Positions 25,470 through 36,431 of a DNA stretch of 64,000 nucleotides are shown piece by piece. Made by a program: the position numbers and the translations under genes. A model generated the notes under the pieces. That model saw only the letters and a list, made by a program, of their open reading frames with translations. It ran no database searches and was not told the origin of the DNA. Position 1 is the stretch's first letter; each line of letters opens with the position of its first letter. The stretch comes from a virus. The stretch is taken from the IMG/VR virus record IMGVR_UViG_3300017779_000001; one strand, 5' to 3'.

Positions 25470-27980
25470 ATGGATTTTTACACTAACGTCACCCGTTTCG
25501 GGAACAAACTCCTCGTCAGAGGATATCAAAAAGGTAAACCTAAGAAGATGTCTGTTAACTACAGACCAAATCTTTATGTGTTATCTAAAACACCCTCATC
25601 CCATAGAACGATTGATGGGAGATATCTCGAACCCGTAAACCTAGACTCTATGTCAGGTGCAAGAAAGTTCAAAGAGAAGTATGATGGTATCGCAGGATTT
25701 GAAGTACATGGATACGACAAGTGGATGTACAACTGGATATCAGATAGGTTCCAAGGTGAAATCAAATACGACCCAAGTCAAATCAAGATTGCAACACTTG
25801 ACATTGAGTGTGAGTGTGAGAATGGGTTTCCCGACCCACTCATTGCAATGGAAAAGGTCAATGCAATATCAATCAAACCATTTGGTAAAGACACTATCGT
25901 ACTAGGATACGGTGAGTGGAATCATAACCAAGACAATGTAATCTATATCCCATGTGGTTCAGAGTCAGACTTGTTAATGAAGTTCGTCAAAGTGTGGAGA
26001 GAACTAAACCTTGACATCGTCACAGGTTGGAACGTAGATAGTTTCGACATCACATATCTTTGTAATCGTATCGATAGGATATTGGGTGAGAATGAACACA
26101 AGAAACTATCACCATGGGGTTCATCAGAAACACGTGAGTTCACAACTTATGGATATCAAAAGAATGTAAACTATACACTTCATGGTATCAATATCATTGA
26201 CTATCTAGAACTATACAAGAAGAATACTTTTGTCAATCAAGAGTCATACAAACTTGACCACATTGCAAAGGTAGAACTTGGTAAACAGAAACTAGATTAC
26301 TCTGAGTATGGTTCACTCCATATGTTGTATCAAAAGAACTATGAGAAGTTTCTAGAATACAATATACGTGACGTTGTTCTTGTTGAAGAACTAGAAGACA
26401 AACTAGGTCTCATGGAACTTATCATGTCACAAGCTTACACTGCAAAGTGTAATTTCAGTGACACCTTTGGTATGGTAAAGTATTGGGAAACTATCATCTA
26501 CAACTTCCTCAAAGAACGTGGTATTCAGATGCCTCCTAAGAAAATACAGGGTGAAGACAAATCAAAACAGATTGTCGGTGCATATGTAAAGGAACCACAT
26601 GTAGGTAAACATGATTGGGTAGTGTCATTTGACTTGAACAGTCTATACCCACATTTGATTATGCAATATAACATCTCACCCGAGACTATGCAGAAAGGTT
26701 CATATGGAGATGCAAGTGTAAAGAAACTCTTAAACAAAGAGTGTGACTTATCTTATCTCAAGAAACAGAATCTATCGATGACAGCAAACGGTGCAATGTT
26801 CAGTAGAAAGAAACAAGGATTCCTTCCCGAACTCATGGAAACATTCTATGATGAACGTAAGATGTGGAAGAAGAAGATGATTGAGTATCAGATTGAGAAA
26901 GAACAGACATCGGATGTCAAACGACTGAGGGAACTTGATACACTTATCAAACGTGCATACAACAATCAACAGGTCAGAAAGATTGCACTTAACTCAGCTT
27001 ATGGTGCATTAGCAAACAGATGGTTTGCATTCTTTAGTGTACCGATGGCAGAAGGAATTACGACCAGTGGACAGTTATCTATTCAGTGGGCAGAAAAACA
27101 AATCAACGGTTACTTACAAAGTGTTCTTGATGATGATAAGGACAGAGTTATTGCAATCGACACAGACTCTGTGTACATCACACTAGATGACTTAGTGCAA
27201 AAAGTGTTTCCCGAAGAAACAGACAAGCAAAAAATTATTACGTTTATCGACACTGTTGCAAACACGAAGATTAAACCAATCATCGATGAAGGTTACGAAG
27301 ACCTTGCAGAATACATGAACTCATATCAACAAAAGATGGAGATGGGTAGAGAGGTGATTGCAGACAGGGGTGTATGGACTGCAAAGAAAAGATATATTCT
27401 TAATGTACATGACAACGAAGGTGTACGACTTGCAAAACCTAAACTCAAAATGATGGGTATTGAAACTGCAAAGTCCTCAACTCCACAGTGGGTTAGAACA
27501 AAACTGGAAGAAGGTTTCAATGTTGCAATGACAGGAACAGAACAAGAACTGTGGGACTTCGTAGAGAATGCAAGGACTGAGTTCTTTTCTCTACCACCCG
27601 AGGTGGTTGCATTCCCTAGAGGAGTGAGAAACCTCAAACAGTATCAAGGTGAGAATACAGTATATCGTAAGTCCACACCGATACATGTTAGAGGGTCACT
27701 ACTGTTTAATCATTACCTTGAAGAAAAGAATCTCAAGGGTAAGTATGAGACTATCAAAGAAGGTGAGAAGATACACTTCTGTTATCTTACACTCCCGAAT
27801 CCAATCAACGAAAATGTTATTGGTTTTGTTGGAGAGTTACCAAAAGAGTTTGATTTACACAAGTTTACAGACTATGATATGCAATTCAACAAAGCATTTC
27901 TAGACCCATTGAGAGTGGTGGTGCATTTAATGGGGTGGAATACAGAACCGACTGCATCCCTAGATAGTTTCTTTACATAA
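25470..27980 (+). CDS. gp43: family B DNA polymerase
   Basis: Exo DIE, GWN..FD, YNIRD; Pol SFDLNSLYP, KIALNSAYG, DTDS, KKRY. Confidence 0.98.
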   Translation: MDFYTNVTRFGNKLLVRGYQKGKPKKMSVNYRPNLYVLSKTPSSHRTIDGRYLEPVNLDSMSGARKFKEKYDGIAGFEVHGYDKWMYNWISDRFQGEIKYDPSQIKIATLDIECECENGFPDPLIAMEKVNAISIKPFGKDTIVLGYGEWNHNQDNVIYIPCGSESDLLMKFVKVWRELNLDIVTGWNVDSFDITYLCNRIDRILGENEHKKLSPWGSSETREFTTYGYQKNVNYTLHGINIIDYLELYKKNTFVNQESYKLDHIAKVELGKQKLDYSEYGSLHMLYQKNYEKFLEYNIRDVVLVEELEDKLGLMELIMSQAYTAKCNFSDTFGMVKYWETIIYNFLKERGIQMPPKKIQGEDKSKQIVGAYVKEPHVGKHDWVVSFDLNSLYPHLIMQYNISPETMQKGSYGDASVKKLLNKECDLSYLKKQNLSMTANGAMFSRKKQGFLPELMETFYDERKMWKKKMIEYQIEKEQTSDVKRLRELDTLIKRAYNNQQVRKIALNSAYGALANRWFAFFSVPMAEGITTSGQLSIQWAEKQINGYLQSVLDDDKDRVIAIDTDSVYITLDDLVQKVFPEETDKQKIITFIDTVANTKIKPIIDEGYEDLAEYMNSYQQKMEMGREVIADRGVWTAKKRYILNVHDNEGVRLAKPKLKMMGIETAKSSTPQWVRTKLEEGFNVAMTGTEQELWDFVENARTEFFSLPPEVVAFPRGVRNLKQYQGENTVYRKSTPIHVRGSLLFNHYLEEKNLKGKYETIKEGEKIHFCYLTLPNPINENVIGFVGELPKEFDLHKFTDYDMQFNKAFLDPLRVVVHLMGWNTEPTASLDSFFT

Positions 27981-27988
27981 ATAAGACT

Positions 27989-28369
27989 ATGAAATCCTTT
28001 TTGGAATACATTACTGAAGTCGATTCATACTCAACACGTATGAAAAAACGTGCAGCTTTTCGTAAGAACAAGGCAAAGATACTTTTAAAAAGAAAAAAGG
28101 CAATGAAGAAAGCAAACTTCGACCCTAAGTCTCTAGAAAGGAAAGCACGTAAACGAGCAAGAATGATTCTTATCAAGAAGATGATAAAGGATAAAGATTA
28201 TAACACATTTTCAATCGGACAGAAGAAAGATATAGAATCAAAACTTGAGAAAAAGAAAGCTGCAATAGAAAAAATTGCAAGGAAACTGATACCACAAGTT
28301 AAGAAGAGTGAAGCTGCAAAGAGAAAACCGAAAGTGAAGATGGATAAAAACGGAGTAGCAAAAGGATAA
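27989..28369 (+). CDS. basic late protein with a capsid-targeting-like N-terminus
   Basis: MKSFLEYITE; very K/R-rich; CATAAATA at 27976. Confidence 0.7.
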   Translation: MKSFLEYITEVDSYSTRMKKRAAFRKNKAKILLKRKKAMKKANFDPKSLERKARKRARMILIKKMIKDKDYNTFSIGQKKDIESKLEKKKAAIEKIARKLIPQVKKSEAAKRKPKVKMDKNGVAKG

Positions 28370-28815
28370 TGTATCAGTATAACGTAAAGGTTGTCAAAGT
28401 AGTAGACGGTGACACCATCGATGTAGATATCGATTTAGGATTTTCTACAGTATTAAAAAAACAAAGAGTTAGATTTTTAGGAATTGACACACCTGAAAGC
28501 AGAACTAGAGATTTAGTGGAGAAGAAGTTTGGTAAAGCTTCGAAGAAACATTTAAAAAATTTATTAGAGAGTGCAGAAAGTTTATCTTTAATATCACACG
28601 ACAAGGGTAAATTTGGTCGAATCCTTGGTGAGATAATTGCACACTTTGATGAAGGTCATCCAGTATATGAGACTGAAATAAATGTCAATCAACAAATGAT
28701 TGTAGACGGACATGCAGTTAAATATACAGGTGAGAATAAAGACCTAGTGGAAGAACAACACTTGGTAAACAGAGAACGACTCATATCAGAGGGTGTAGTT
28801 GTTTTAGAAGAATAA
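28369..28815 (+). CDS. thermonuclease (SNase-like)
   Basis: VVDGDT, RFLGIDTPE, KGKFGRILG. Confidence 0.9.
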   Translation: MYQYNVKVVKVVDGDTIDVDIDLGFSTVLKKQRVRFLGIDTPESRTRDLVEKKFGKASKKHLKNLLESAESLSLISHDKGKFGRILGEIIAHFDEGHPVYETEINVNQQMIVDGHAVKYTGENKDLVEEQHLVNRERLISEGVVVLEE

Positions 28816-28828
28816 ATGAAAAAACCTC

Positions 28829-28858
28829 TTGACGAAAGACCATAAGGTATATTATAAT
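28829..28858 (+). promoter_or_regulatory. sigma70-type promoter
   Basis: TTGACG-18-TATAAT. Confidence 0.75.
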
Positions 28859-28863
28859 TAGAT

Positions 28864-29058
28864 ATGGAAATTAGTATTTTAGATTGTGTTTATATAATCT
28901 CTATTGGAGTAATCATCTCATGGTTATTCTATATGGAAGTCCAAATTAGTCAGATTAAGGCTATGATGGAAGAACATGTCAAATGTACTAATAAATTACA
29001 AAATGAAGGAGTGAAGGATGGACTTTCTAAATCAAATAATAAAGAGCAGTGGAAATGA
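28864..29058 (+). CDS. small membrane protein
   Basis: N-terminal TM, directly after the promoter. Confidence 0.55.
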   Translation: MEISILDCVYIISIGVIISWLFYMEVQISQIKAMMEEHVKCTNKLQNEGVKDGLSKSNNKEQWK

Positions 29059-30070
29059 GTATGCATCTGTAGTATCTGAAGGAGTTGCAGCAGGTGATGT
29101 TGATAGCTTTATCGATACAGGGTCATACATTTTTAATGCACTACTAAGTGGTTCACTACATGGTGGACTTCCCTCAAACAAAATTACTGCAATAGCAGGT
29201 GAATCTGCAACTGGTAAAACCTATTTCGCATTAGGAATGGTTAAACAGTTCTTAGAAGATAACCCCAACGCTGCAGTAATCTATTTCGAATCCGAATCTG
29301 CAATCACAAAAGAAATGATTGAAGAGAGAGGAATCGATTCAAACAGAATCGTAATTGTCCCAGTTGTGACAGTTCAAGAATTCAGAACCCAATCTATCAA
29401 AATGTTAGATAGTTATCTTGAGACAGATGAATCAGAGAGACCTCCGATGTTATTTGTACTTGATTCACTGGGTATGTTATCTACAACAAAAGAAATCGAA
29501 GACACTGCAGACGGTAAAGAGACTAGAGATATGACTAGAGCTCAGATTGTCAAAGGTGCATTCAGAGTGTTGACACTTAAACTGGGACGTGCAAAAGTTC
29601 CTATGATTGTGACTAACCACACTTATGATGTTATCGGTTCAATGTTCCCTCAAAAAGAAATGGGTGGTGGTAGTGGATTGAAGTATGCAGCTTCATCTAT
29701 CATCTATCTATCTAAGAAGAAAGAAAAAGAAGGAACAGAAGTTATTGGTAACATAATCCATTGTAAGAATGCAAAGTCAAGATTGACAGTAGAAAACAGA
29801 ATGGTAGATGTGAGACTTAACTATGACACAGGACTTGACAGGTATTATGGTCTTCTAGACCTTGCACTTGCAAGTGGTGTATTTGAGAAATCATCTACAA
29901 GAGTTAAATTACCAAACGGTAAAACTGAATTCGGAAAAACTATTAACAACAACCCCGAAAAATATTTCACACCCGAAGTGATGGAAGAACTTAACAAGGT
30001 TGCACAACAGCATTTTAAATATGGAAACACGACTAGAACAGACGATACTGAAGAATCTGATACAGAGTGA
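29018..30070 (+). CDS. uvsX: RecA-like recombinase UvsX
   Basis: [30 protein letters not shown]. Confidence 0.96.
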   Translation: MDFLNQIIKSSGNEYASVVSEGVAAGDVDSFIDTGSYIFNALLSGSLHGGLPSNKITAIAGESATGKTYFALGMVKQFLEDNPNAAVIYFESESAITKEMIEERGIDSNRIVIVPVVTVQEFRTQSIKMLDSYLETDESERPPMLFVLDSLGMLSTTKEIEDTADGKETRDMTRAQIVKGAFRVLTLKLGRAKVPMIVTNHTYDVIGSMFPQKEMGGGSGLKYAASSIIYLSKKKEKEGTEVIGNIIHCKNAKSRLTVENRMVDVRLNYDTGLDRYYGLLDLALASGVFEKSSTRVKLPNGKTEFGKTINNNPEKYFTPEVMEELNKVAQQHFKYGNTTRTDDTEESDTE

Positions 30071-31406
30071 GTCTTTTACACGGAAGGTAATTCCTTTTGT
30101 TAAAGAAGAGTATTTCTCTGAAGATGATGAACGTAATGTGTACAAACACATCAAACAGTATTTTGACAATTACAATAATCCACCAACACCCGAAGCACTC
30201 CTCATAAATCTTGAGAGTGATTCAAAGATAAACGAGAACATTCTCAAGTTATCAACACAGTTGGTAAAAAACATTCGGGCAGATGTAGAATCCACACCCC
30301 ATGACTGGTTAGTCGATGAGACTGAAAAGTGGTGTAAGGATAGAGCAATTTATATTGCAGTAATGGATTCCATCGAAGTAATTGACAAAAACTCAAAACG
30401 TTCAACAGGTGAAATACCCGAGTTACTTAAGGAAGCACTTTCCGTGTCTTTTGATTCTCACATTGGTCATGATGTATTGGAAGATGCAGAAGAACGACAT
30501 GACTTCTATACTAGAGAGGAAGAGAAACTACCATTCGATTTGGAATACTTTAACAAGATTACCAAAGGTGGTTTACCAAACAAGACACTGAACATTTGTT
30601 TGGCAGGTACTGGTGTTGGTAAGTCATTGTTTATGTGTCATTGTGCAAGTGCAAATCTTGTGGCAGGTAAGAATGTATTGTACCTCACTATGGAAATGAG
30701 TGAAGAGAAAATTGCAGAAAGAATTGATTCAAATGTTCTTAACATTCCAATCAAAGAATTACCCGACATCTCAAAGAAAATGTTTACCAAGAAAGTTGAT
30801 AGACTAAAAGAGAAGACACATGGTAAACTGATTGTCAAAGAGTATCCGACTGCATCTGCACATGTAGGACACTTCAGACACTTACTACAAGAACTGAATC
30901 TAAAGAAGGATTTCAAACCCGATGTAATTTATATTGACTATCTAAATATCTGTGCATCTTACAGAATTAGACCTGGCCAAGGTGCAAACTCATATACACT
31001 AGTCAAAAGTATTGCAGAAGAACTTAGAGGACTTGCAGTTGAGTTTGATATACCAATCATGAGTGCAACACAGACAACACGTAGTGGATTTGGTTCAACA
31101 GATATTGGTCTAGAAGACACTTCAGAGTCTTTTGGATTACCAGCAACTGCAGACTTGATGTTTGCATTGATTACATCGGAAGAACTAGAAGACTTAGACC
31201 AACTTGTTGTTAAACAATTAAAGAACAGGTATAACGACCCAACTATATTCAAGAGGTTTGTTATAGGAATAGACAGAAGTAGGATGAAACTATATGACTG
31301 TGAACAAGAAGCACAGGAGGAATTATTTGATTCAGAATCATATAATGATAACACTCCAGTCTTTGACAGAGGTCAGAATAAGAAATATAATGACTTCAAA
31401 ATATAG
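30021..31406 (+). CDS. gp41: replicative helicase
   Basis: [39 protein letters not shown]. Confidence 0.96.
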   Translation: METRLEQTILKNLIQSESFTRKVIPFVKEEYFSEDDERNVYKHIKQYFDNYNNPPTPEALLINLESDSKINENILKLSTQLVKNIRADVESTPHDWLVDETEKWCKDRAIYIAVMDSIEVIDKNSKRSTGEIPELLKEALSVSFDSHIGHDVLEDAEERHDFYTREEEKLPFDLEYFNKITKGGLPNKTLNICLAGTGVGKSLFMCHCASANLVAGKNVLYLTMEMSEEKIAERIDSNVLNIPIKELPDISKKMFTKKVDRLKEKTHGKLIVKEYPTASAHVGHFRHLLQELNLKKDFKPDVIYIDYLNICASYRIRPGQGANSYTLVKSIAEELRGLAVEFDIPIMSATQTTRSGFGSTDIGLEDTSESFGLPATADLMFALITSEELEDLDQLVVKQLKNRYNDPTIFKRFVIGIDRSRMKLYDCEQEAQEELFDSESYNDNTPVFDRGQNKKYNDFKI

Positions 31407-31429
31407 ATATGTAAAGGAATAATCCTTTT

Positions 31430-31506
31430 ACCCTCGTAGCTCAATTGGATAGAGCAACGGCCTTCTAAGCCGTAGGTTACAGGTTCGACCCCTGTCGAGG
31501 GTGCCA
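31430..31506 (+). tRNA. tRNA-Arg(UCU)
   Basis: ACCCTCG...CGAGGGT-G-CCA, anticodon loop CTTCTAA. Confidence 0.95.
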
Positions 31507-31515
31507 AATCACAAA

Positions 31516-31551
31516 AAGGGGTTGACAGTAAACCCCTTCTTTTAGTATAAT
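31516..31551 (+). promoter_or_regulatory. hairpin/terminator overlapping a sigma70-type promoter
   Basis: AAGGGGTT-7-AACCCCTT hairpin with a T tail, containing TTGACA-18-TATAAT. Confidence 0.75.
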
Positions 31552-31557
31552 TATATA

Positions 31558-33057
31558 ATGAATAAACTTACAACATTATACCTTACAATATTTTTAACAT
31601 CATGTGGAGGAGGTGGAAGTCTCGGTACTACAATGTTAGAGACTAATAGTATTCCCCCAACTACACCACCCACTAATACCAGTCTACCCGAAGGAGGAAT
31701 GTCGGGTAAAGTAATCGATGGTTACATTGATGGTGCAACAGTCATTTTTGATTTGAATTCTAATGGTGTATTAGATGACGGAGAACCCTATACAGTAACA
31801 GGAAGTGATGGTGATTGGTCTTTTGACCAATACGACCTTGCAGACTTCTATGATTTACCATATGATGCAATCCAAGCAAATGCATATTTTGAATCAAACT
31901 TTGGTGTTAAAACTCGTGAGATGTTAATTTGTATCGAAGACACCATCAAGGTTGCAGAAGTACCTGTGGGTGCATATGACAGTGACAGGGGATATGTAAA
32001 TGAATCCTATACACTTTATATGATACCTCAAGGTTCAACTGCATATGAAGCTCAATTCATTACACCCTTTACTACAATATTGGGTAACATGATTGCATCT
32101 GAAAACTCTCAACTCACCCCCTATCAAGGATGTAGTTCTGAAGGTGAAAGTGTCAGAACAAACATAAGGAGAAATGTAAGTGTCTTTGAGACTGAATTGT
32201 ACACAGGTACAGGATTATCCTTAGAAGACTTTTACGTTGACTACATTGCAACAGGAGAGACGGATAAACAACAGATTGCAGAAAGATTGACTGATGTACT
32301 CATAGATATATACAAAGTCAAAGATGCATACGTGGGTACTGATTATACTAAATTCCAGTTTATAATTGAAACTAATAGTATAACTACTCTACTATCAACC
32401 AACCCTATAACAGACATAGGAGTACAAATAGAAATGTCTTCCGAACCAGTAAGTAATGGTGAATGGGAATCTAGATATCAGAAAGTATGGAATGTTACAA
32501 TAAACTATGTAAACGATACAATAGATTCTGCACCTATAACACTAACAGAACTTGACAACTTATCTGTAACCAATGAAGAAAATTATTCATACTCAGTTAT
32601 ACAAAATACTGATGTCAATCTTATAAATAGTAATACATGGACTTTTAATCTAAAAGACTATGATGGTGACTATGGTACTTGTTCAGATTGGATGAGGAAT
32701 GAAAAGATGCACGATGATATGGTACGTCTTGAATTACAGGATTGCACAGGTGAAAATATTACAACCTATTTTAAATCCCCATACAACACAGTCAACTCAT
32801 ACGTTAAAGAGGATGTAGTCAGTGTACATGAGGAATTATCCTTATTGAATAGAGGAATGAATAACTTTGAAAGTTTAATACTTCCATCCCTAGGTACAGG
32901 TGATAGTGTTAACATTACAAAAGTAGTAGGTAATACCATATACTCTTACAACTTTACATATAGTTATGAAATGTGTGATGTTTGGGTGGATGGTGAGAAC
33001 ACAGAATCAACTTTTGGGTATGATGGATATTTAAACTGTTTGAACTACATGCAGTGA
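31558..33057 (+). CDS. large acidic lipoprotein
   Basis: Lipobox LTSC-GGGG; GKVIDGYIDGATV.FDLNSNG.LD.GEP module typical of proteobacterial surface lipoproteins. Confidence 0.8.
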   Translation: MNKLTTLYLTIFLTSCGGGGSLGTTMLETNSIPPTTPPTNTSLPEGGMSGKVIDGYIDGATVIFDLNSNGVLDDGEPYTVTGSDGDWSFDQYDLADFYDLPYDAIQANAYFESNFGVKTREMLICIEDTIKVAEVPVGAYDSDRGYVNESYTLYMIPQGSTAYEAQFITPFTTILGNMIASENSQLTPYQGCSSEGESVRTNIRRNVSVFETELYTGTGLSLEDFYVDYIATGETDKQQIAERLTDVLIDIYKVKDAYVGTDYTKFQFIIETNSITTLLSTNPITDIGVQIEMSSEPVSNGEWESRYQKVWNVTINYVNDTIDSAPITLTELDNLSVTNEENYSYSVIQNTDVNLINSNTWTFNLKDYDGDYGTCSDWMRNEKMHDDMVRLELQDCTGENITTYFKSPYNTVNSYVKEDVVSVHEELSLLNRGMNNFESLILPSLGTGDSVNITKVVGNTIYSYNFTYSYEMCDVWVDGENTESTFGYDGYLNCLNYMQ

Positions 33058-33058
33058 T

Positions 33059-33235
33059 ATGAACAAGAAAAAACACATTAACAACGTTATAACGACAATC
33101 AACAAAAAGATTATCTTAAAACGAAAACTGAAAGAAGCTAAGACACAAAAGGATGATGCAATGGTTTCTTTTTATCAAAAACAAATTCAAGAAATAAACG
33201 AGAAACTTGCATCTCGACCACTTATAAAAACATAA
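33059..33235 (+). CDS. small basic protein (58 aa, not in ORF track)
   Basis: MNKKKHINNV...RPLIKT fills the gap. Confidence 0.55.
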   Translation: MNKKKHINNVITTINKKIILKRKLKEAKTQKDDAMVSFYQKQIQEINEKLASRPLIKT

Positions 33236-33265
33236 ATAGTAGACAAACAGGTAAAGTTTACTATT

Positions 33266-34471
33266 ATGGCAGTTAAGAATCTACATTTAGAACATCTCGA
33301 AGACGAAATCATTAATAATGGAATTGATGGTGGAAGAGCAGCTATCAACTTCCTTCGTGGTCTTCGTGACATGATGAAGGGAAACTCCAAGAAAGGAGTC
33401 AACATGACTGTAAAGTGGGATGGAGCTCCTGCTATATTCTGTGGTCTACATCCCGAAACAAATCAATTCTTTGTTGCAAAGAAATCACTCTTCAACAAGG
33501 AACCTAAATACTACACTTCCGAACAACAAATCAAAGATGCAGATGAACTAAGTGGAGACTTAGAAACAAAGTTCATTGAATCATACAAACACTTATCTAA
33601 ACTAACATGGACTAATGTCATGCAAGGTGACTTGATGTTTACAGAGTCAGATAAGAAAGAAAAGAACATCGATGGTACACAATGTATCACATTCCAACCC
33701 AACACTATCTTATATGCAGTAGACAAAACTTCTCAGTTGGGTCTAACTATTGATGATGCAAAATATGGTATTGTGTTTCACACTACTTACAGTGGTGACA
33801 CTATAGAAGACCTATCTGCATCATTCGGTGCATCCACTAGTTCATTAGGTTCAAACAGAGATGTGTGGATAGATGATGCATCATATAAAGATGAGAGTGG
33901 TAAGTCATCAATGACTGCAAAAGAAACACTTGAACTGTCCAAACACCTTACACTATCGGGTAGAAACTTTCATCAGATAAAAAGAAAAGACTTGACTAAG
34001 TTCAATAAAGTCCAACAAGAATTTGCAAACAAAGGTATGGTAGGTGCATCATATAAGACATACTGTAATTCAATGATTCGTACTGGTAAGTACAATCCTA
34101 CTACATTAGGATATCTAAAACACGTAGAAGATAAGTGGAATGCAAAAATTAAAACATACAAACAAGAAAAAACTAAACAAGCAAAAACTGAAATCAGAGA
34201 CCAATTACTGAGAGAACTAAAATCAATCAAGAGAATGATTGATGGACTCACTGCATTCCAAAAAGGTTTGATGGATGCAAAACAATCAATCATCGTTGCA
34301 CTCAACAGAGTTAAGAGTATTGGTACTTTTGTAAAAACTGATACAGGATACAAGGTAGTAAACCCCGAAGGATACGTTGCAATTGATAGAGATGGTAAAG
34401 CTGTCAAGTTAGTAGACCGTATGGAATTCTCACTAAATAACTTTACAGTTGCAAAGAACTGGGACAAATAA
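33266..34471 (+). CDS. conserved T4-like phage protein (DUF6267-like)
   Basis: KNLHLEHLED, TVKWDGAPA, QGDLMF, FQPNT, PEGYV, KLVDR.EFS; CATAAATA at 33231. Confidence 0.8.
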   Translation: MAVKNLHLEHLEDEIINNGIDGGRAAINFLRGLRDMMKGNSKKGVNMTVKWDGAPAIFCGLHPETNQFFVAKKSLFNKEPKYYTSEQQIKDADELSGDLETKFIESYKHLSKLTWTNVMQGDLMFTESDKKEKNIDGTQCITFQPNTILYAVDKTSQLGLTIDDAKYGIVFHTTYSGDTIEDLSASFGASTSSLGSNRDVWIDDASYKDESGKSSMTAKETLELSKHLTLSGRNFHQIKRKDLTKFNKVQQEFANKGMVGASYKTYCNSMIRTGKYNPTTLGYLKHVEDKWNAKIKTYKQEKTKQAKTEIRDQLLRELKSIKRMIDGLTAFQKGLMDAKQSIIVALNRVKSIGTFVKTDTGYKVVNPEGYVAIDRDGKAVKLVDRMEFSLNNFTVAKNWDK

Positions 34472-35781
34472 TGAAAGAGTTTAAATCATTTATATCAGAA
34501 GCAAAAAGTAAACCAGCAGTGTTTACTTTTGGTCGTTTCAATCCACCTACAAACGGACATGAAAAACTTGTAGACCAAATGGTCAAAGTGTCTAAACAAG
34601 TAGGAGGGGAACCCATCCTGTTCTCATCACACTCTAGTGACAAAGTAAAGAATCCACTTACACATAAAGACAAAGTCAAATTTTTAAAATCATTCTTTGG
34701 TAGAAAAGTAAACGTAGTAAACGAAGACGTAAAACAGATATTTCAAATACTAGTGTTCTTATATGACAAAGGATACAGAAACATAGTTATGATTGTAGGT
34801 TCAGATAGGATTGCAGAATTCAAAAACATAATAACAAAATATAACAGTGTAAAAGGTAGACATGGTTTCTATAAGTTTGATGACATTTCAGTTGTATCAG
34901 CAGGAGAGAGAGACCCCGATGCAGATGATGTAAGTGGGATGTCTGCATCTAAGATGAGAATGTTTGCAGAGAAAGGTGACCTTGAGTCATTCACAGAAGG
35001 TGTTCCATCTTCAGGTAAGAGACTTGCAAAGAAATTATACAATGCAGTAAGAAAGGGAATGGGTATCAAAGAGGTTACACAATTTCCAAAGTATATGATT
35101 GATGACATGTTGAATGAAGGACTGTTAACTGAAGGAGTGTACGACCAAGGTATCTTCAAGGCAGTGTTCCTCATGGGTGGGCCAGGTTCAGGTAAGTCAA
35201 CTGTGGTTGATAAACTTGCACTACCATCACTAGGTTTAAAACTAGTAAACACTGATAGAGCATTTGAGAATGGTTTGAAGAAAGCAGGTATGTCATTAGA
35301 TTTAAGAAAAGCATCTGATGATGACTATGCACCTATCAGAGCAAAGGCAAAGAAGATTACAGGTAAACAAATGGGTGCATATATCAATGCAAGATTAGGA
35401 ATGATATTTGACACTACAGCTGCAAAGAAATCTAAGATTCAAGATTACAAAGATTTACTAGACCAAGCAGGATATGAATATAAAATGGTCTATGTAAAAA
35501 CATCACTTAAGAATGCACTCAAAAGAAATCAGATGAGACCAAGAAAACTCAGAGACGACATAGTCATAAACGATTGGAATAATGCAGAGAAGAATGCAAA
35601 ACAATTTAAACAGATGTTTGGAAGAGACTTCATTGAAGTAGTCAATGACGATGACCTTGCATCATTAGATACAAAGGTAAACAAACTGTTTGGTAAAGTC
35701 ATGACATGGGCATCTAAGTTCCCTACAAATGATAAAGCACAAGATTGGAAACAATCAGAACTCACCAAGAAAAAACGATAA
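34471..35781 (+). CDS. cytidylyltransferase-like domain fused to a P-loop kinase (zeta/AAA_33-like)
   Basis: FGRFNPPTNGH, VGSDR, MSASKMR; second domain GGPGSGKS; N-terminal MKEFKSFISE. Confidence 0.85.
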   Translation: MKEFKSFISEAKSKPAVFTFGRFNPPTNGHEKLVDQMVKVSKQVGGEPILFSSHSSDKVKNPLTHKDKVKFLKSFFGRKVNVVNEDVKQIFQILVFLYDKGYRNIVMIVGSDRIAEFKNIITKYNSVKGRHGFYKFDDISVVSAGERDPDADDVSGMSASKMRMFAEKGDLESFTEGVPSSGKRLAKKLYNAVRKGMGIKEVTQFPKYMIDDMLNEGLLTEGVYDQGIFKAVFLMGGPGSGKSTVVDKLALPSLGLKLVNTDRAFENGLKKAGMSLDLRKASDDDYAPIRAKAKKITGKQMGAYINARLGMIFDTTAAKKSKIQDYKDLLDQAGYEYKMVYVKTSLKNALKRNQMRPRKLRDDIVINDWNNAEKNAKQFKQMFGRDFIEVVNDDDLASLDTKVNKLFGKVMTWASKFPTNDKAQDWKQSELTKKKR

Positions 35782-35789
35782 ATAGTATT

Positions 35790-36431
35790 ATGTTAGATTT
35801 AATTAGAGAAAAGATAAAGACTGCACAAGACAAAGATGTCGAGGACAAGAAAGGTACCCAACCTAAAAGATACTACGCTGCAGATGCAGATGGTGATAAG
35901 ATGTCTAAGAAGACAAAAGATAAACGTGCAGCTCATTTTGCAAAGAATTCTAAAAAGGACGATGATGACTCAAGTGCATATAAGAAAGCACCAGGCGATG
36001 CAAAGGCAGACACTAAACCATCACAGTACACTAAACAATACAAGAAGATGTTCGGTGAAGAACAATACACAGACTTAGACGAAGGAAAACTCGTAGGTAA
36101 TACAGGTTTCATTATAGACACTCTTGCAAAAATGGTAAAGAGAGAAGTCGGTAAAGAGATGAGCTCAAGTAGAGAAAAGGGTGTAGTGTTAATGAACAAG
36201 ATTGCACGTATGGTAGGTGCAAGTGTATCAATGTCACATAAAAGACCAACTACAGACTTATTCATTAAATCAAGTTATGCATTCATAAATGACGGTGAAA
36301 ACGTTGACGAAGAATGTTGGGACACACACATGCAAAAAGGTATGAAAAAGAAGGGAAACAAGATGGTTCCTAATTGTGTACCCAAAGAAGATAAGGATGC
36401 AGATAAAAAAATTAAGAAGGAGAAAAAATGA
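35790..36431 (+). CDS. hypothetical late/virion protein
   Basis: GATAAATA late promoter at 35777; modular K-rich sequence, CW...KKKG..VPNCV motif. Confidence 0.7.
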   Translation: MLDLIREKIKTAQDKDVEDKKGTQPKRYYAADADGDKMSKKTKDKRAAHFAKNSKKDDDDSSAYKKAPGDAKADTKPSQYTKQYKKMFGEEQYTDLDEGKLVGNTGFIIDTLAKMVKREVGKEMSSSREKGVVLMNKIARMVGASVSMSHKRPTTDLFIKSSYAFINDGENVDEECWDTHMQKGMKKKGNKMVPNCVPKEDKDADKKIKKEKK

